From Gaiellaceae bacterium (GTDB lineage: Bacteria; Actinomycetota; Thermoleophilia; Gaiellales; Gaiellaceae): a stretch of 64,000 bases of DNA. The number at the start of each line of letters is the position of its first letter. The stretch's first letter is position 1. The notes beneath the pieces are model-generated. The model did no database searches. It worked only from the letters and a program-made list of their open reading frames with translations, and was not told the DNA's origin. The position numbers and the translations under genes are program-made. Positions 30,203 to 41,078 of this stretch are shown here, one piece after another. The stretch lies in assembly GCA_035688025.1 (NCBI GenBank), contig DASSNM010000078.1, forward strand, positions 915-64,914, given 5' to 3'.

Positions 30203-31347
30203 GGCGCGGCCGCGACGGGCGCGTCGGCCGGGGGCCGCGGCGGCGCCGCGTCGGTGCGCGAGAAGCGCTCCTTGAGCGCCAGGAACGGCGACTCGACCAG
30301 CGTGTGGCTGAGCCAGGCCGCCGCCAGCGCGCAGGCGATCCCGAGCGCCGCGTTCCGCGGCAGCCACGGGTCCGCGTCGGTGAGGAAGAGCTGCTGCCAG
30401 AGGTAGAGGCTGTACGAGAGGACGCCGAGCGTCGTCAGCCACCGCTGCTCGAGGAAGCGGCGGACGCGGCCTCCCGGCCCGAGCGCGACGGCGATCAGGA
30501 ACGCGGTCGAGACGTTCGCGAGCGTCCAGCCGACCGTGAGGTCGAAGCCGCCGTGGAGCCGGTCGCTCGCGTACGGGAAGAGGAGCAGCCCGCCGACCGC
30601 CGCCAGGACGACCGGCGTCCGGACGGTCGCCCGGCGCAGCCGCTCGGCGAGCGCCGGCGCCGCGACCGGGAGCAGCGCGAGGGCGGCGCCGGTCATCAGC
30701 GAGTCCGCGCGGGTGTGCAGGTAGACCGGGATCCGGCCGCGGCCGTCCGGCCAGGCGAGGTACTCGACGACGCGCAGCGCCGGCTCGCACGCGAGGATCG
30801 CGACCGCCAGCCGGAAGGCGCGCCTCGTGCCGAGCAGCAGCAGGGCGAGCGGCCAGAGGAGGTAGAACTGCTCCTCGACCGCGAGCGACCAGGTGTGGCC
30901 GAGCCACCAGTTGGAGCCGCCCGGCGCGTAGTTCCAGACGTAGACGCCGGCGGTCGCGATCTCCCTCCCGCTCGCGGCGATCGCGCCCGCGGAGGCGAGC
31001 ACGGCGGCCGCGGCGAGGTAGGCGTAGAACGCCGGCCAGATCCGCAGCGCGCGCCGCGTGTAGAAGGCGCGGAGCGAGATCGAGCCGGTGCGTTCCCGCT
31101 CGCGGACGAGGATCGACGTGATCAGGTAGCCGCTGAGGACGAAGAACACGAGCACGCCGAGCTCGCTCGAGAGGAGCGGCTGCGCCGTGACGCGCAGCCA
31201 TTCGGGCGGACGCTGGAGCAGGCTTGCGTGCCCGAGCACGACGAGCAGGATGGCGACGCCGCGCACGCCGTCCAGCGCGGGAATCCGCCCCCGCGAGGTG
31301 ACCGACCGCATCGCCCGAGTGTAGGCGGGTCGCGCGCGACCGGCCAT
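30199..31347 (-). CDS. acyltransferase family 3 (AT3) membrane O-acyltransferase
   Basis: Track ORF of 382 aa. It has LDGVRGVAILLVVLGHAS, VLVFFVLSGYLIT and SLAVEEQFY. The start may instead be the second Met (MRSVTS...). Its stop overlaps the convergent gene's stop in a CTAG. Confidence 0.88.
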   Translation of the reverse strand: MAGRARPAYTRAMRSVTSRGRIPALDGVRGVAILLVVLGHASLLQRPPEWLRVTAQPLLSSELGVLVFFVLSGYLITSILVRERERTGSISLRAFYTRRALRIWPAFYAYLAAAAVLASAGAIAASGREIATAGVYVWNYAPGGSNWWLGHTWSLAVEEQFYLLWPLALLLLGTRRAFRLAVAILACEPALRVVEYLAWPDGRGRIPVYLHTRADSLMTGAALALLPVAAPALAERLRRATVRTPVVLAAVGGLLLFPYASDRLHGGFDLTVGWTLANVSTAFLIAVALGPGGRVRRFLEQRWLTTLGVLSYSLYLWQQLFLTDADPWLPRNAALGIACALAAAWLSHTLVESPFLALKERFSRTDAAPPRPPADAPVAAAP

Positions 31348-31359
31348 ACCGCGAACGGG

Positions 31360-32112
31360 TCAGCGTCCGCTGAAGCGCGGCGGGCGCTTCTCGACGAAGG
31401 CGGCGAGGCCCTCCTTCGCGTCCTCGCTCGCGAACAGCTCGCCGAACTCCTCCGCCTCCCGCTCGAGCGCGCCCGGGGAGAGGTTGAGCAGCCGCTTCGC
31501 CACGCGCAGCGCGACCGGGCTCTTCTCCGCGAGCGTGCGGGCGACGCCGAGCGCGTGCTCGAGCACCGGGTCGGCGACCGCGTGGACGAGTCCGATCCGG
31601 AGCGCCTCCTCGGCGTCGACGGTGCGGCCGGTGAGGATCAGCTCCTTCGCGACGCCGAGTCCGCAGACGCGGGCCAGCCGCTGCGTGCCGCCCCAGCCGG
31701 GGACGATGCCGAGGTCGATCTCCGGCTGGCCGAGCTTCGCGCGCGGGGACGCGTAGCGGAGGTCGCAGCCGAGCGCGAGCTCGCAGCCGCCGCCGAGCGC
31801 GAAGCCGTTGACCGCCGCGATCGTCGGCTTCGGCATCTCCTCGAGCAGGCGGGCCGCCTCGTGGCCGAGCGCGCCCCACGCCTTCGCGCCCGCCGGGTCG
31901 AGCCCGCCCATGTACTTGATGTCCGCGCCGGCGACGAACGCCTTCTCGCCCGCGCCCGTGAGGACGACGGCGTGCGCCGAGTCGTCCGCCGAGAGCTCCC
32001 GCAGCCGGTCGCGGAGCTCGGTCAGCGTCTCGACGTCCAGGGCGTTGAGGGCCTGCTCGCGGTCGATCGTCACGACCGCCACGGCGCCCTCGCGCCCGAC
32101 CCGGACGCTCAC
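31360..32112 (-). CDS. enoyl-CoA hydratase/isomerase (crotonase family)
   Basis: Track ORF of 250 aa. It has [32 protein letters not shown] and [19 protein letters not shown]. Confidence 0.93.
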   Translation of the reverse strand: MSVRVGREGAVAVVTIDREQALNALDVETLTELRDRLRELSADDSAHAVVLTGAGEKAFVAGADIKYMGGLDPAGAKAWGALGHEAARLLEEMPKPTIAAVNGFALGGGCELALGCDLRYASPRAKLGQPEIDLGIVPGWGGTQRLARVCGLGVAKELILTGRTVDAEEALRIGLVHAVADPVLEHALGVARTLAEKSPVALRVAKRLLNLSPGALEREAEEFGELFASEDAKEGLAAFVEKRPPRFSGR

Positions 32113-32504
32113 GCCGGGACGGCTCCCCGCACGAACTCGACGATCTCGCCGGTCGGCGCCCCCGGCCCGAAGACCCCGGCGACGCCGAGCTTGCGCAGCT
32201 CGTCCGCGTCGTCCTCGGGGATCGTGCCGCCGACCACGACGACGACGTCCTCGGCCCCGTTGTCCCGCAGCAGCTCGAGGATGCGCGGGACGAGCGTCAT
32301 GTGGGCGCCGGAGAGGATCGAGATCCCGACCGCGTCCGCGTCCTCCTGGATCGCCGTCTCGACGATCTGGTCGGGCGTCTGGTGGAGGCCGGTGTAGATC
32401 ACCTCCATGCCCGCGTCCCGGAGCGCGCGGGCGATGATCTTCGCGCCGCGGTCGTGGCCGTCGAGGCCGGGCTTCGCGACGACGACCCTGATCTTCCCCG
32501 CCAT
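32109..32504 (-). CDS. B12-binding small subunit of a split acyl-CoA mutase (IcmB/MCM C-terminal domain type)
   Basis: Track ORF of 131 aa. It has the cobalamin motif GLDGHDRG, then SILSGAH and VVVGGTIP. Confidence 0.92.
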   Translation of the reverse strand: MAGKIRVVVAKPGLDGHDRGAKIIARALRDAGMEVIYTGLHQTPDQIVETAIQEDADAVGISILSGAHMTLVPRILELLRDNGAEDVVVVVGGTIPEDDADELRKLGVAGVFGPGAPTGEIVEFVRGAVPA

Positions 32505-32514
32505 GACGCGAACG

Positions 32515-33359
32515 CTACCGCGCCGCCGGCCGGCGCAGGGGCAGTTCCGACGCGAGCGCGCGCGCCAGCCCGGCGAGCGGCAGCAACGAGCGGGTCGCGA
32601 CCGACTCGCGGGCGACGCGGAGCGGCGCGAGCGCGATCGCTCCGGCGCGCCGGCCGCCGCGCGTGTAGTGGAAGACGTAGCGCCAGCGGTTCGCCGAGAT
32701 CGCCGCCTTCTGCCGGCGCGAGCGCTCGGCGGCCGCGGGTTCGAAGTGCCGCGCCACCGCGCCCGCGACCATCAACGTCCGCGCGCCGGTGCGCCGCAGC
32801 GCCTCGCCGAACGCGGTGTCCTCGAAGTAGTTCGGCCGGAAGCGCCGGTCGAAGCCGCCCGCCCGCTCGAAGAGCGCCCGCGGCACGAGCAGGCAGGCGC
32901 CGAGCGGGTAGTCGACCTCGGCGACCGGCTCGGGCTCGTGCACCCAGCGCGGCTCGAGCAGCTTCTGCGTCCGCACGAGCGCGTTCTGGAGGCCGCCGTC
33001 CGCCGTCCGCACCTCGGGCACGACGCAGGCGTCCTCGCGGCGCGCCGCCCAGAGCGCCCGCAGCGCCGCCGCGTCGAGCTCGACGTCGTCGTCGACGAAC
33101 AGGAGCCACACCCCGCGCGACCGGCGGGCACCGGCGTTGCGCGCCCCGGCCGCGCCCTCGTGCCCGGCGAGCGGCAGCAGCGCGAACCCCGCCGGCAGCG
33201 TGTCCGCGCCGGGCGGCCCGGCCGCGGAGGCGTCGTCGACGACGACCCCCTCCCAGGCGACGCCGAGCGCCGCCGCCGCGTCCGCGAGTCGCGGCAGGTG
33301 AACGGCGAGACGCGCGTCCCCGTCCCGGCTCGGGACGACGACGGAGAGCTCGGGCGGCA

Positions 33360-33360
<1 letters not shown>
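32515..33360 (-). CDS. family 2 glycosyltransferase located between the two mutase subunit genes
   Basis: This is the 3' part of track ORF 32515..35286. The GTG at 33360 shares one base with the mutase large-subunit TAG. The 281-aa product has [23 protein letters not shown] and the DxD region LFVDDDVEL. Confidence 0.8.
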
Positions 33361-35027
<1,667 letters not shown>

Positions 35028-35221
35028 CCCGGGCAGTGTAGTGGCCGCCGCGCGACCGCTTTCCGCCTGGATTTCGTGGCCTTCTGACAACGTGCAAGCC
35101 CCCTCGAACGGGTGATCGTTGGCCGCGGAAACCGCGAGTATGATCGCCGCAAGGCGACGGGTTCTGCGGCTCTTGAACCCCCGCCCCATGCGGACAAGCG
35201 GGAGAGGAAGGCACAAGGGGC

Positions 35222-36757
35222 ATGTCGGACGGACCGAGCGAGCACTCCTCGTTCATCGAGTTCCTACGGATTGCGCGGCGGCGCAAGTGGCTGATCCTGG
35301 CCGCGATCGTCGTCGTCCCGCTCGCCGCCTACTACCACGCGAAGCGCCAGCCCCCCGTCTTCCAGGCGTCCTCGCAGGTGCTCCTGACCCCGCAGAACCC
35401 CGCGGCCGCGTACGCCGGCGTCGGCGGCTCGAGCTCCGCCTCGGTCGACCCCGTCCGCTACGGCGCCACCCAGTCGTTCCTCGCCCGCTCCCCGGCCGTC
35501 GTCAACAGCGTCCTCCGGGAGGCCGACAACCCGAACCTCAACGCCGGGATCCTGCTCGGGTCGACGTCGGTCACCTCGCTCTCCGACGCCAACCTGCTCG
35601 TCTTCACCGCCCGCGGCGGCACGCCCGACATCGCGCAGCAGCTCGCGAACCTCTACGCGCAGGGGTTCACCCAGTACCGCCGCCACGTCGACTCCGCCGG
35701 CGTCAAGGGGGCGATGGCCCAGCTCCAGAAGAGCCTCGACGGGCTCGGCAAGAACGAGACCGCGCTCCGCGGCCAGATCATCGACAAGCTCGAGTCGCTG
35801 CGCACGATCCAGTCGCTCCAGGCCCAGGCGACGTATCTCGCGCGCCCGGCCGGCCCCGGCATCCAGGTCGCGCCCCGCCCCCAGCGCGACGCGATGCTCG
35901 GGCTCGTGCTCGGGATCGTGATCGGCGTCGGCCTCGCCTTCCTCCGCGACGCCTCCGACACCCGCATCCGCACGACGGACGAGATCGGCGACCGGCTCGG
36001 CATGCCGCTCCTCGGCCACCTTCCCGAGCTCGACAAGCGCAGCCGCGCCGAGCGCCGGCTCGTGATGCTCGACGAGCCGTACGGCGCCTCCGCCGAGATG
36101 TTCCGGATGCTCCGGACGAGCATCGACCTCGCCAACCTCGACCGGCACGCGCACGCGATCATGGTCACGAGCGCGAGCGAGGGCGAGGGCAAGACGACGA
36201 CCGCGTGCAACCTCGCGATCGCGTTCGCCGCCTCCGGCCGCCGGGTCGTCCTGCTCGACCTCGACCTGCGCCGGCCGACCGTCCACAACCTGCTCGGCCT
36301 CGCGAGCCGTCCGGGGCTCACCGACGTCGCCGTCGGCCAGGCGGCGCTCACCGAGGCGCTCGTCAAGGTGACGCTCGAGGACGACCACAGCGGCGGCTCC
36401 TTCATGGTGCTGCCCTCCGGGCCGATGCCGCCGAACCCGGGCGAGTTCGCCGGCACGACCGCGGTCGGCGAGCTGCTCGCCGAGCTGCAGGCGATGTCCG
36501 ACCTCGTGATCGTCGACACGCCCCCGGTCCTGCAGGTCGCCGAGGCGATGAGCGTCTCGAGCCGCGTCGACGCGATGCTCGTCGTCGTCAACGTCGCCGC
36601 CGCGAAGCGCGGCCAGATCGCGGAGATGCACCGGCAGCTCGAGCGCTCGCCGGTGAAGAAGCTCGGCTTCGTCGCGATCGGCGGCCCGGAGAGCCCGGCC
36701 GGCCAGTACGAGCACTACGCCCCGTTCGCCTATCCCGTCGACGACCTCGTCTCGTGA
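35222..36757 (+). CDS. polysaccharide co-polymerase (Wzz-like) fused to a BY-type tyrosine autokinase
   Basis: Track ORF of 511 aa. The N-terminal Wzz pattern is [24 protein letters not shown], followed by a long loop and a second TM ([17 protein letters not shown]). The kinase domain has Walker [12 protein letters not shown], plus [11 protein letters not shown] and LVIVDTPP. The C-terminal Tyr cluster is [11 protein letters not shown]. Confidence 0.9.
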   Translation: MSDGPSEHSSFIEFLRIARRRKWLILAAIVVVPLAAYYHAKRQPPVFQASSQVLLTPQNPAAAYAGVGGSSSASVDPVRYGATQSFLARSPAVVNSVLREADNPNLNAGILLGSTSVTSLSDANLLVFTARGGTPDIAQQLANLYAQGFTQYRRHVDSAGVKGAMAQLQKSLDGLGKNETALRGQIIDKLESLRTIQSLQAQATYLARPAGPGIQVAPRPQRDAMLGLVLGIVIGVGLAFLRDASDTRIRTTDEIGDRLGMPLLGHLPELDKRSRAERRLVMLDEPYGASAEMFRMLRTSIDLANLDRHAHAIMVTSASEGEGKTTTACNLAIAFAASGRRVVLLDLDLRRPTVHNLLGLASRPGLTDVAVGQAALTEALVKVTLEDDHSGGSFMVLPSGPMPPNPGEFAGTTAVGELLAELQAMSDLVIVDTPPVLQVAEAMSVSSRVDAMLVVVNVAAAKRGQIAEMHRQLERSPVKKLGFVAIGGPESPAGQYEHYAPFAYPVDDLVS

Positions 36758-38274
36758 GCACCCTCGTCTCCGACCTCGCACCCGAGCTCGACGTCGCCCA
36801 CGACGGCGGCCACGTCCTGCCGCGCCCGCACGACTTCCAGCGGCTGTCGAGCCGCGTCGCCCGCGAGCGCGGCTGGCTCGTCCGCCGCGCGCTCGTCGCC
36901 GCCGAGGGCCTGGCGCTCGTGCTCTCGTACGGGCTCGCGGACGTCATCGTCCACGGCGCCGGCCAGCTCGGGCAGGCGGGGTTCTGGCGCTCGCTCCCGC
37001 TCGCGCTGCTCGTCCTCCCGCTCTGGATCGTCGCCGCGAAGGTCGCCGGCCTCTACGACCGCGACATCCGCTTCGCGAGCTACTCGTCGACCGAGGACGT
37101 CGCCCCCGTCTTCGGCGTCGCCACGCTCGGCGCGCTCGTCGCCCTCTTCGCCTGGCACCTCGCCGGCGCCGAGCCGTCGTGGGGCCAGATCGGCGTCTGC
37201 TGGCTGACCGTCATCCCGGCGGTGACGATCGGCCGCGCGACGGCCCGGGCGCTCGTCTGGCGCAGCCACGCCTTCCGCCAGAACACGGTCATCGTCGGCG
37301 CCGGCGACGTCGGCCGCGCCGTCGCGCAGAAGTTCAGCCGCCACCCGGAGACCGGGATCGACGTGATCGGCTTCGTCGACTCCGACCTCGAGCCGATGCT
37401 CGACATCGACGGGCTGCCGCTGCTCGGCACGACGCACGAGCTGCCGCTCTTCGCACGCGAGCTCGGCGTGCAGCGCGTCGTCATCGCCTTCTCGTCCGAC
37501 CACCACGAGCAGGTGCTCGACCTCGTCCGCGAGCTGCGCGAGCTCGGCGTCCACGTCGACATCGTCCCGCGGCTCCTCGACGTGGTCGGCCCCGGCACCG
37601 AGGTGCACGACATCGAGGGGATGCCGCTCGTCGGCCTCGCGACGCTCCGCCTCTCCCGCTCGTCGCTGATCGTCAAGCGGACGCTCGACCTGACGCTCGC
37701 CTCGCTGATCCTGCTCCTGCTGCTGCCGGTGTTCCTCGTCGTCGCCGCCGCGATCGCGCTCGACTCGCGCGGGCCCGTCTTCTTCCGGCAGACGCGGATG
37801 GGCTACCGCAACCAGCCGTTCCGGCTCTTCAAGTTCCGGACGATGGTCAAGGACGCCGACCTCCGCAAGCACGAGTTCGCGCACCTCAACCGGCACGCGG
37901 CCGAGGGCGGCGACGCGCGCATGTTCAAGATCTGCAACGACCCTCGCGTGACGCGTGTCGGCCGCGTCCTGCGCAAGTACTTCCTCGACGAGCTGCCGCA
38001 GCTGATCAACGTGCTCCGCGGCGAGATGAGCCTGATCGGGCCGCGGCCGCTGATCCCGGAGGAGGCCGCGTTCGTGGAGAGCTGGGGCAACCGCCGCCTC
38101 GACCTGAAGCCCGGCATGACCGGGAGCTGGCAGGTGCTCGGCCGCAGCGCGATCTCGTTCGAGGAGATGGTCAAGCTCGACTACTGGTACGTGACCACCT
38201 GGTCGCTCGGCCGCGACCTGCGCCTCCTGCTGCGCACGGTCCCGCTCGTGCTGCGCGGCGAGGCGCCGGTCTGA
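36754..38274 (+). CDS. polyprenyl-phosphate hexose-1-phosphate transferase (WbaP/CpsE-type 'bacterial sugar transferase'), priming enzyme
   Basis: This is the 3' part of track ORF 35119..38274, with a GTG at 36754 (GTGA overlap), giving 506 aa. It has about 4 N-terminal TM helices and a Rossmann-like linker (VIVGAGDVGRAVA). The catalytic domain contains RGPVFFRQTRMGYRNQPFRLFKFRTM, LPQLINVLRGEMSLIGPRP and PGMTGSWQV. Confidence 0.92.
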   Translation: MSTLVSDLAPELDVAHDGGHVLPRPHDFQRLSSRVARERGWLVRRALVAAEGLALVLSYGLADVIVHGAGQLGQAGFWRSLPLALLVLPLWIVAAKVAGLYDRDIRFASYSSTEDVAPVFGVATLGALVALFAWHLAGAEPSWGQIGVCWLTVIPAVTIGRATARALVWRSHAFRQNTVIVGAGDVGRAVAQKFSRHPETGIDVIGFVDSDLEPMLDIDGLPLLGTTHELPLFARELGVQRVVIAFSSDHHEQVLDLVRELRELGVHVDIVPRLLDVVGPGTEVHDIEGMPLVGLATLRLSRSSLIVKRTLDLTLASLILLLLLPVFLVVAAAIALDSRGPVFFRQTRMGYRNQPFRLFKFRTMVKDADLRKHEFAHLNRHAAEGGDARMFKICNDPRVTRVGRVLRKYFLDELPQLINVLRGEMSLIGPRPLIPEEAAFVESWGNRRLDLKPGMTGSWQVLGRSAISFEEMVKLDYWYVTTWSLGRDLRLLLRTVPLVLRGEAPV

Positions 38275-38398
38275 CAGGAGCCGAGTCGTGGCTGCGACGA
38301 CGGCAAGCGCCGCCTCCTCGGCCGGCGGAGTTCGCAACGGCGGACGGGCGCGATACCGTGATCGTGCACCGCTGCACGCCGCCGGACCCGAGATCCGC

Positions 38399-38941
38399 AT
38401 GAACGTCTTCGCACTCGTCGACGGCGACCCGCTCGCCGACCCGGAGCCGCTGATCCGGCGCGTCTACGCGTACGTCGCCTACCGCCTCGGCCACGGCCCG
38501 GAGGCGGAGGACGTCGTCGCGGCGACGTTCGAGCGCGCGCTCCGCTACCGGCACACGTACAGCCCGAAGCGCGGCGAGCCGATGGCATGGCTCGTGGGGA
38601 TCGCGAAGCACTGCCTCAACGACGCGCTCTCGGCGCGCGCGCAGGCGCCGGCCGAGCTGCGCCCCGAGGACGACGGCTCGGCGTCGTTCGAGGAGGCGTC
38701 GCTCGAGCGGCTCGCGCTCCGCGAGGCGATCGCGCGGCTGTCCGAGCGCGACCAGGAGCTGCTCGCGCTGCGCTACGGCGCCGACATGAGCGCCCGCGCG
38801 ATCGCGAAGCTGATGAACGCGCGGCCGAACGCGGTCGAGGTGGCGCTGCACCGGGCCGTGTCGCGGCTGCGGGAGGAGCTGGAGCCGCCGGTGGGGAGAC
38901 CGCACGCCCCGTCGAGCGCCGCGACGCCGGAGGCGTTCTGA
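38399..38941 (+). CDS. ECF-type sigma-70 family RNA polymerase sigma factor
   Basis: Uses the ATG at 38399 inside track ORF 38288..38941. Region 2 is RRVYAYVAYRLGHGPEAEDVVAATFERALRYRHTYSPKRGEPMAWLVGIAKHCLNDAL. Region 4 is LSERDQELLALRYGADMSARAIAKLMNARPNAVEVALHRAVSRLREEL. The alternative GTG at 38288 has a good AGGAG SD, but that stretch has visibly lower GC3. The stop shares one base with the wzm ATG. Confidence 0.8.
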   Translation: MNVFALVDGDPLADPEPLIRRVYAYVAYRLGHGPEAEDVVAATFERALRYRHTYSPKRGEPMAWLVGIAKHCLNDALSARAQAPAELRPEDDGSASFEEASLERLALREAIARLSERDQELLALRYGADMSARAIAKLMNARPNAVEVALHRAVSRLREELEPPVGRPHAPSSAATPEAF

Positions 38942-39849
38942 TGGCGAGCATGCCCCACACCGGCGCCGACCCGGTCGCGTCGGCGCTCGCCGCGCCGCCG
39001 CTCGAGGCGACGCGGCTCCCGGAGCTCCCCGAGATCGTCGTCGAGGGCGGCCCGGGACGCGTCTCGCGCGCCGGCCTGCGTGAGCTCTGGGACTTCCGCG
39101 AGCTCGTGACCGCGTTCGCGGCGCGGCAGGTGCTCGTCAAGTACAAGCAGGCGTTCGTCGGCCTCGGCTGGTCGGTCGTCCAGCCGGTCGCGAGCGCGAT
39201 CATCTTCTCGATCTTCCTCGGCCGCTTCGCGCATCTCGGCGGCGAGGGGCTCCCCTACGTGCTGTTCGTCCTCGCCGGGATGACCTCGTGGACGTTCTTC
39301 TCCGGCGCGCTCGGCAACTCGATGGAGTCGTGCGTGCGCGACGCCGTGCTGCTGCGCAAGGTCTTCTTCCCGCGGGAGATCCTGCCGCTGGCGGCGGTGC
39401 TCGCGTCGCTCGTCGACTTCGCCCCCACGCTGCTGACGCTCGTCGTCGTCTCCGCGGTCAAGGGGATCTACCCCGCCTGGACGCTGCTCGCGGTGCCGCT
39501 GCCGCTCGTGATCCTGGTCGCGACCGCGCTCGCGCTCGGGCTCGCCGCGTCGGCGCTCAACGTCTACTACCGCGACGTCCGCTACGTGCTGCCGTTCCTC
39601 GTCCAGATCGGCCTGTTCGCGACGCCCGTCGTGTTCTCGCTCTCGCTCGTGCCCCCGCGCTGGCGGCTCGCCTACCAGACCCTCAACCCGGTGGCGACCG
39701 CGATCGACGACATGCGCCGGGCCGTCGTCCACCACACGTGGCCGGCGCCGCTGCCGAACGCGCTCGCGCTCGTCTGGGTGCTCGTCCTCCTCGTCCTCGG
39801 CTACCTCCTCTTCAAGCGGCTCGAGCGCGGGTTCGCCGACCGGGTGTGA
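38941..39849 (+). CDS. wzm: ABC-2 type polysaccharide export permease
   Basis: This is the 3' part of track ORF 38587..39849, with the ATG at 38941, giving 302 aa. It has the family signature LRELWDFRELVTAFAARQVLVKYKQAFVGLGWSVVQP and 6 TM helices. Confidence 0.9.
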   Translation: MASMPHTGADPVASALAAPPLEATRLPELPEIVVEGGPGRVSRAGLRELWDFRELVTAFAARQVLVKYKQAFVGLGWSVVQPVASAIIFSIFLGRFAHLGGEGLPYVLFVLAGMTSWTFFSGALGNSMESCVRDAVLLRKVFFPREILPLAAVLASLVDFAPTLLTLVVVSAVKGIYPAWTLLAVPLPLVILVATALALGLAASALNVYYRDVRYVLPFLVQIGLFATPVVFSLSLVPPRWRLAYQTLNPVATAIDDMRRAVVHHTWPAPLPNALALVWVLVLLVLGYLLFKRLERGFADRV

Positions 39850-39850
39850 G

Positions 39851-41077
39851 ATGAGCAGCGCGATCGCCTTCGAGAACGTCGTCAAGCACTACCGGGGCGC
39901 CGGCGCGCGCTCGCTCCGCGACGAGCTCGCCGGAGTCGTCCGGCGCGACCGGCCGAAGCGGGTCGTCCGCGCGCTCGACGGGATCAGCTTCGACATCCCG
40001 GAAGGCGAGGCGTGCGCGCTGCTCGGCGCGAACGGCGCCGGCAAGACGACCGCGCTCAAGCTCGCGACCCGGATCGCGTACCCGACGAGCGGGACGGTCC
40101 GCGTCCGCGGTCGGGTCGGCGCGCTGATCGAGGTCGGCAGCGGCATGCATCCCGAGCTGACCGGGCGCGAGAACGTCCTCCTCTACGGCCGCATCCTCGG
40201 CCTCTCCCGCGCCGACGTCGCGCGCCGCTTCGACGAGATCGTCGAGTTCGCCGAGGTCGGCCCGGCGATCGACCAGCCGGTGAAGCAGTACTCGTCCGGG
40301 ATGCAGCTGCGGCTCGGCTTCGCCGTCGCGGCGCACCTCGAGCCCGACGTGCTGATCGTCGACGAGGCGATCGCGGTCGGGGACGCGGGCTTCCAGCTCC
40401 GCTGCGTCGAGCGGATGTCGAAGCTCGTCCGCGAGGGCCGGACGCTCGTCTTCGTCTCGCACAACACGAACGCGGTCGAGACGCTCTGCAGCCGCGCCGT
40501 CATGCTCCGCCAGGGGGAGGTCGTCCTCGACGGACCGGCGCCCGAGGTCGTGGCCGCCTATCTCGACTCGTTCGCGCAGGCGCGGCTCGAGCGCCAGGCC
40601 GACCATGCCGCGCTCGGCTCGCCGCTCGAGATCCTGCGGACGAGCCTGCACGACGCGAGCGGACGCGAGGTGGACGAGATCGCCTCCGGCGAGCCGCTGA
40701 CGGTGCGCCTGCACTATCGGGCCGCCCGGCCGCTCGAGCGGCCGATCGTCAACGTCGGCCTCGCCGATCCGCGCATCGGCTGCTTCACGACCGCGTCGAT
40801 GGCCCGCGACGGCGGCTCGCCGGAGCTGCTCGTCGGCGAGGGGTCGATCGACGTGACGTTCGCGGAGCTGCCCCTGCTCCCGCGCGTCTACGAGGTCTGG
40901 GCGGGCGGCCGCTCGGGCGTCGGCGTCGGCGCGATCCTCGACTGGCAGCGCCTGCGCCTCTTCCGCGTCGTCGACGAGCGCGAGCGGCAGGGCAAGACCG
41001 CCGTCACCGCGACCCAGAACTCGGGGCCGGTGCTCATCCCCTACGCCTGGAGCTTCGGCGGGCGCGACGAGGGCTGA
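39851..41077 (+). CDS. wzt: polysaccharide export ABC ATPase with a ~160-aa C-terminal extension (Wzt-type)
   Basis: Track ORF of 408 aa. It has Walker A GANGAGKTT, the signature YSSGMQLRL and Walker B VLIVDEA. An additional beta-rich domain follows (LEILRTSLHDASGREVDEIASGEPLTVRLHY...WQRLRLFRVV), in the position of the Wzt glycan-terminus-binding domain. Confidence 0.9.
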   Translation: MSSAIAFENVVKHYRGAGARSLRDELAGVVRRDRPKRVVRALDGISFDIPEGEACALLGANGAGKTTALKLATRIAYPTSGTVRVRGRVGALIEVGSGMHPELTGRENVLLYGRILGLSRADVARRFDEIVEFAEVGPAIDQPVKQYSSGMQLRLGFAVAAHLEPDVLIVDEAIAVGDAGFQLRCVERMSKLVREGRTLVFVSHNTNAVETLCSRAVMLRQGEVVLDGPAPEVVAAYLDSFAQARLERQADHAALGSPLEILRTSLHDASGREVDEIASGEPLTVRLHYRAARPLERPIVNVGLADPRIGCFTTASMARDGGSPELLVGEGSIDVTFAELPLLPRVYEVWAGGRSGVGVGAILDWQRLRLFRVVDERERQGKTAVTATQNSGPVLIPYAWSFGGRDEG

Positions 41078-41078
41078 G

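Noticed and set aside
25649-31879. Extremely long ORFs in the track: 25649..31879(-) at 2076 aa, 27877..32397(+) at 1506 aa, 32301..35087(+), 32515..35286(-), 18852..21920(-), 53080..56376(+), 53480..56374(-), 55605..58586(+), 56525..59686(+), 348..2528(-) and others.
   Set aside because: Their translations are mostly Arg/Ala/Pro/Gly/Asp runs with no recognisable domains. This is typical of off-frame or antisense reading in DNA where stop codons are rare because of the very high GC content. Only defined 3' portions correspond to real genes (for example etfA, atpG, the GT2 at 32515..33360 and GT4 genes), and I annotated those portions with internal starts.
35028-35221. Possible cobalamin riboswitch in the 195-bp leader of the B12-dependent mutase. 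The minus strand contains GGCCACGAAAUCC and GCCACUACACUGCC, which resemble short conserved stretches (GGUG..AA.CC and GCCACUG).
   Set aside because: I could not find a B12 box or the GGGAA core in the expected order. Repression of a B12-dependent enzyme by B12 would be counter-intuitive. The region must also hold the divergent promoters for the mutase operon and the glycan locus. A cmsearch with RF00174 would be decisive.
38288-38398. GTG at 38288, with an excellent AGGAG SD 7 nt upstream, as the true start of the ECF sigma factor (217 aa).
   Set aside because: Not fully rejected. The 37 extra codons have markedly more A/T at third positions (11 of 38 by my count) than genuine coding sequence here, and they encode a low-complexity Ala/Ser/Gly/Arg stretch. 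I therefore prefer the ATG at 38399. N-terminal proteomics would decide.
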